This document shows, in pieces, positions 28,062-28,330 of a DNA stretch of 28,330 bases; position 1 is the first letter of the stretch; each line of letters starts with the position of its first letter. This DNA is from Campylobacterota bacterium (GTDB taxonomy: Bacteria > Campylobacterota > Campylobacteria > Campylobacterales > Arcobacteraceae): positions 1-28,330 of the forward strand of contig JBNJFB010000027.1 of the NCBI GenBank assembly GCA_051746405.1. The letters run 5' to 3'. A program made the position numbers and the translations under genes. Under the pieces are notes generated by a model. The model was not told the origin of the DNA, made no database searches, and saw only the letters and a list, made by a program, of their open reading frames with translations.

Positions 28062-28330
28062 CTAAAAAATAGATAGTTTAGTTTTATTGGTAAATAGTTC
28101 TAAAGCCTTTGTTCCCGCACAGGAGTTACCTTGAGCATTTAATCTAGGTGAGTACACACAAATAGCTAGTTTTTGAGGTACAATCGCAACAATTCCTCCA
28201 CCAACACCACTTTTACCAGGTAGTCCAACTCTATATGCAAAGTCGCCTGAAGCATCATAATGCCCACAAGTTAGCATTAAAGAGTTGATTCTTTTTGCTT
28301 TTGAATCATTTATTAAAAGTTCATTTGTAA
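28062..28330 (-). CDS. glsA: Glutaminase (C-terminal part; gene continues beyond window)
   Basis: [33 protein letters not shown] motif. Frame is open to the window edge. Confidence 0.92.
   Translation of the reverse strand, partial: TNELLINDSKAKRINSLMLTCGHYDASGDFAYRVGLPGKSGVGGGIVAIVPQKLAICVYSPRLNAQGNSCAGTKALELFTNKTKLSIF

Overview
AT-rich chromosomal window from a Campylobacterota bacterium, most likely Arcobacteraceae. This is inferred from the ruvC-dnaA-dnaN-gyrB order, fqrB, the epsilon-type SRP RNA and TATAAT-dominated promoters. It spans the bipartite replication origin and core genes (purB, nrdAB, queF, fqrB, purN, hcp, ffs). The left end holds a nested mobile element: a complete ~1791-bp IS110 element inserted at a CT core inside an IS1380-family transposase gene. 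Its bridge RNA donor-binding loop can be read from the sequence, and its right end is unusually long and structured. The right part has a standalone three-gene operon: a family-3 solute-binding protein, a DAACS/SLC1 transporter with rewritten cation/substrate motifs, and an NPPY methyltransferase. This may be an undescribed binding-protein-assisted uptake and methylation system. Three unannotated small membrane-protein ORFs lie downstream of nrdB. All family assignments come from motif recognition by eye; no searches or folding programs were run.
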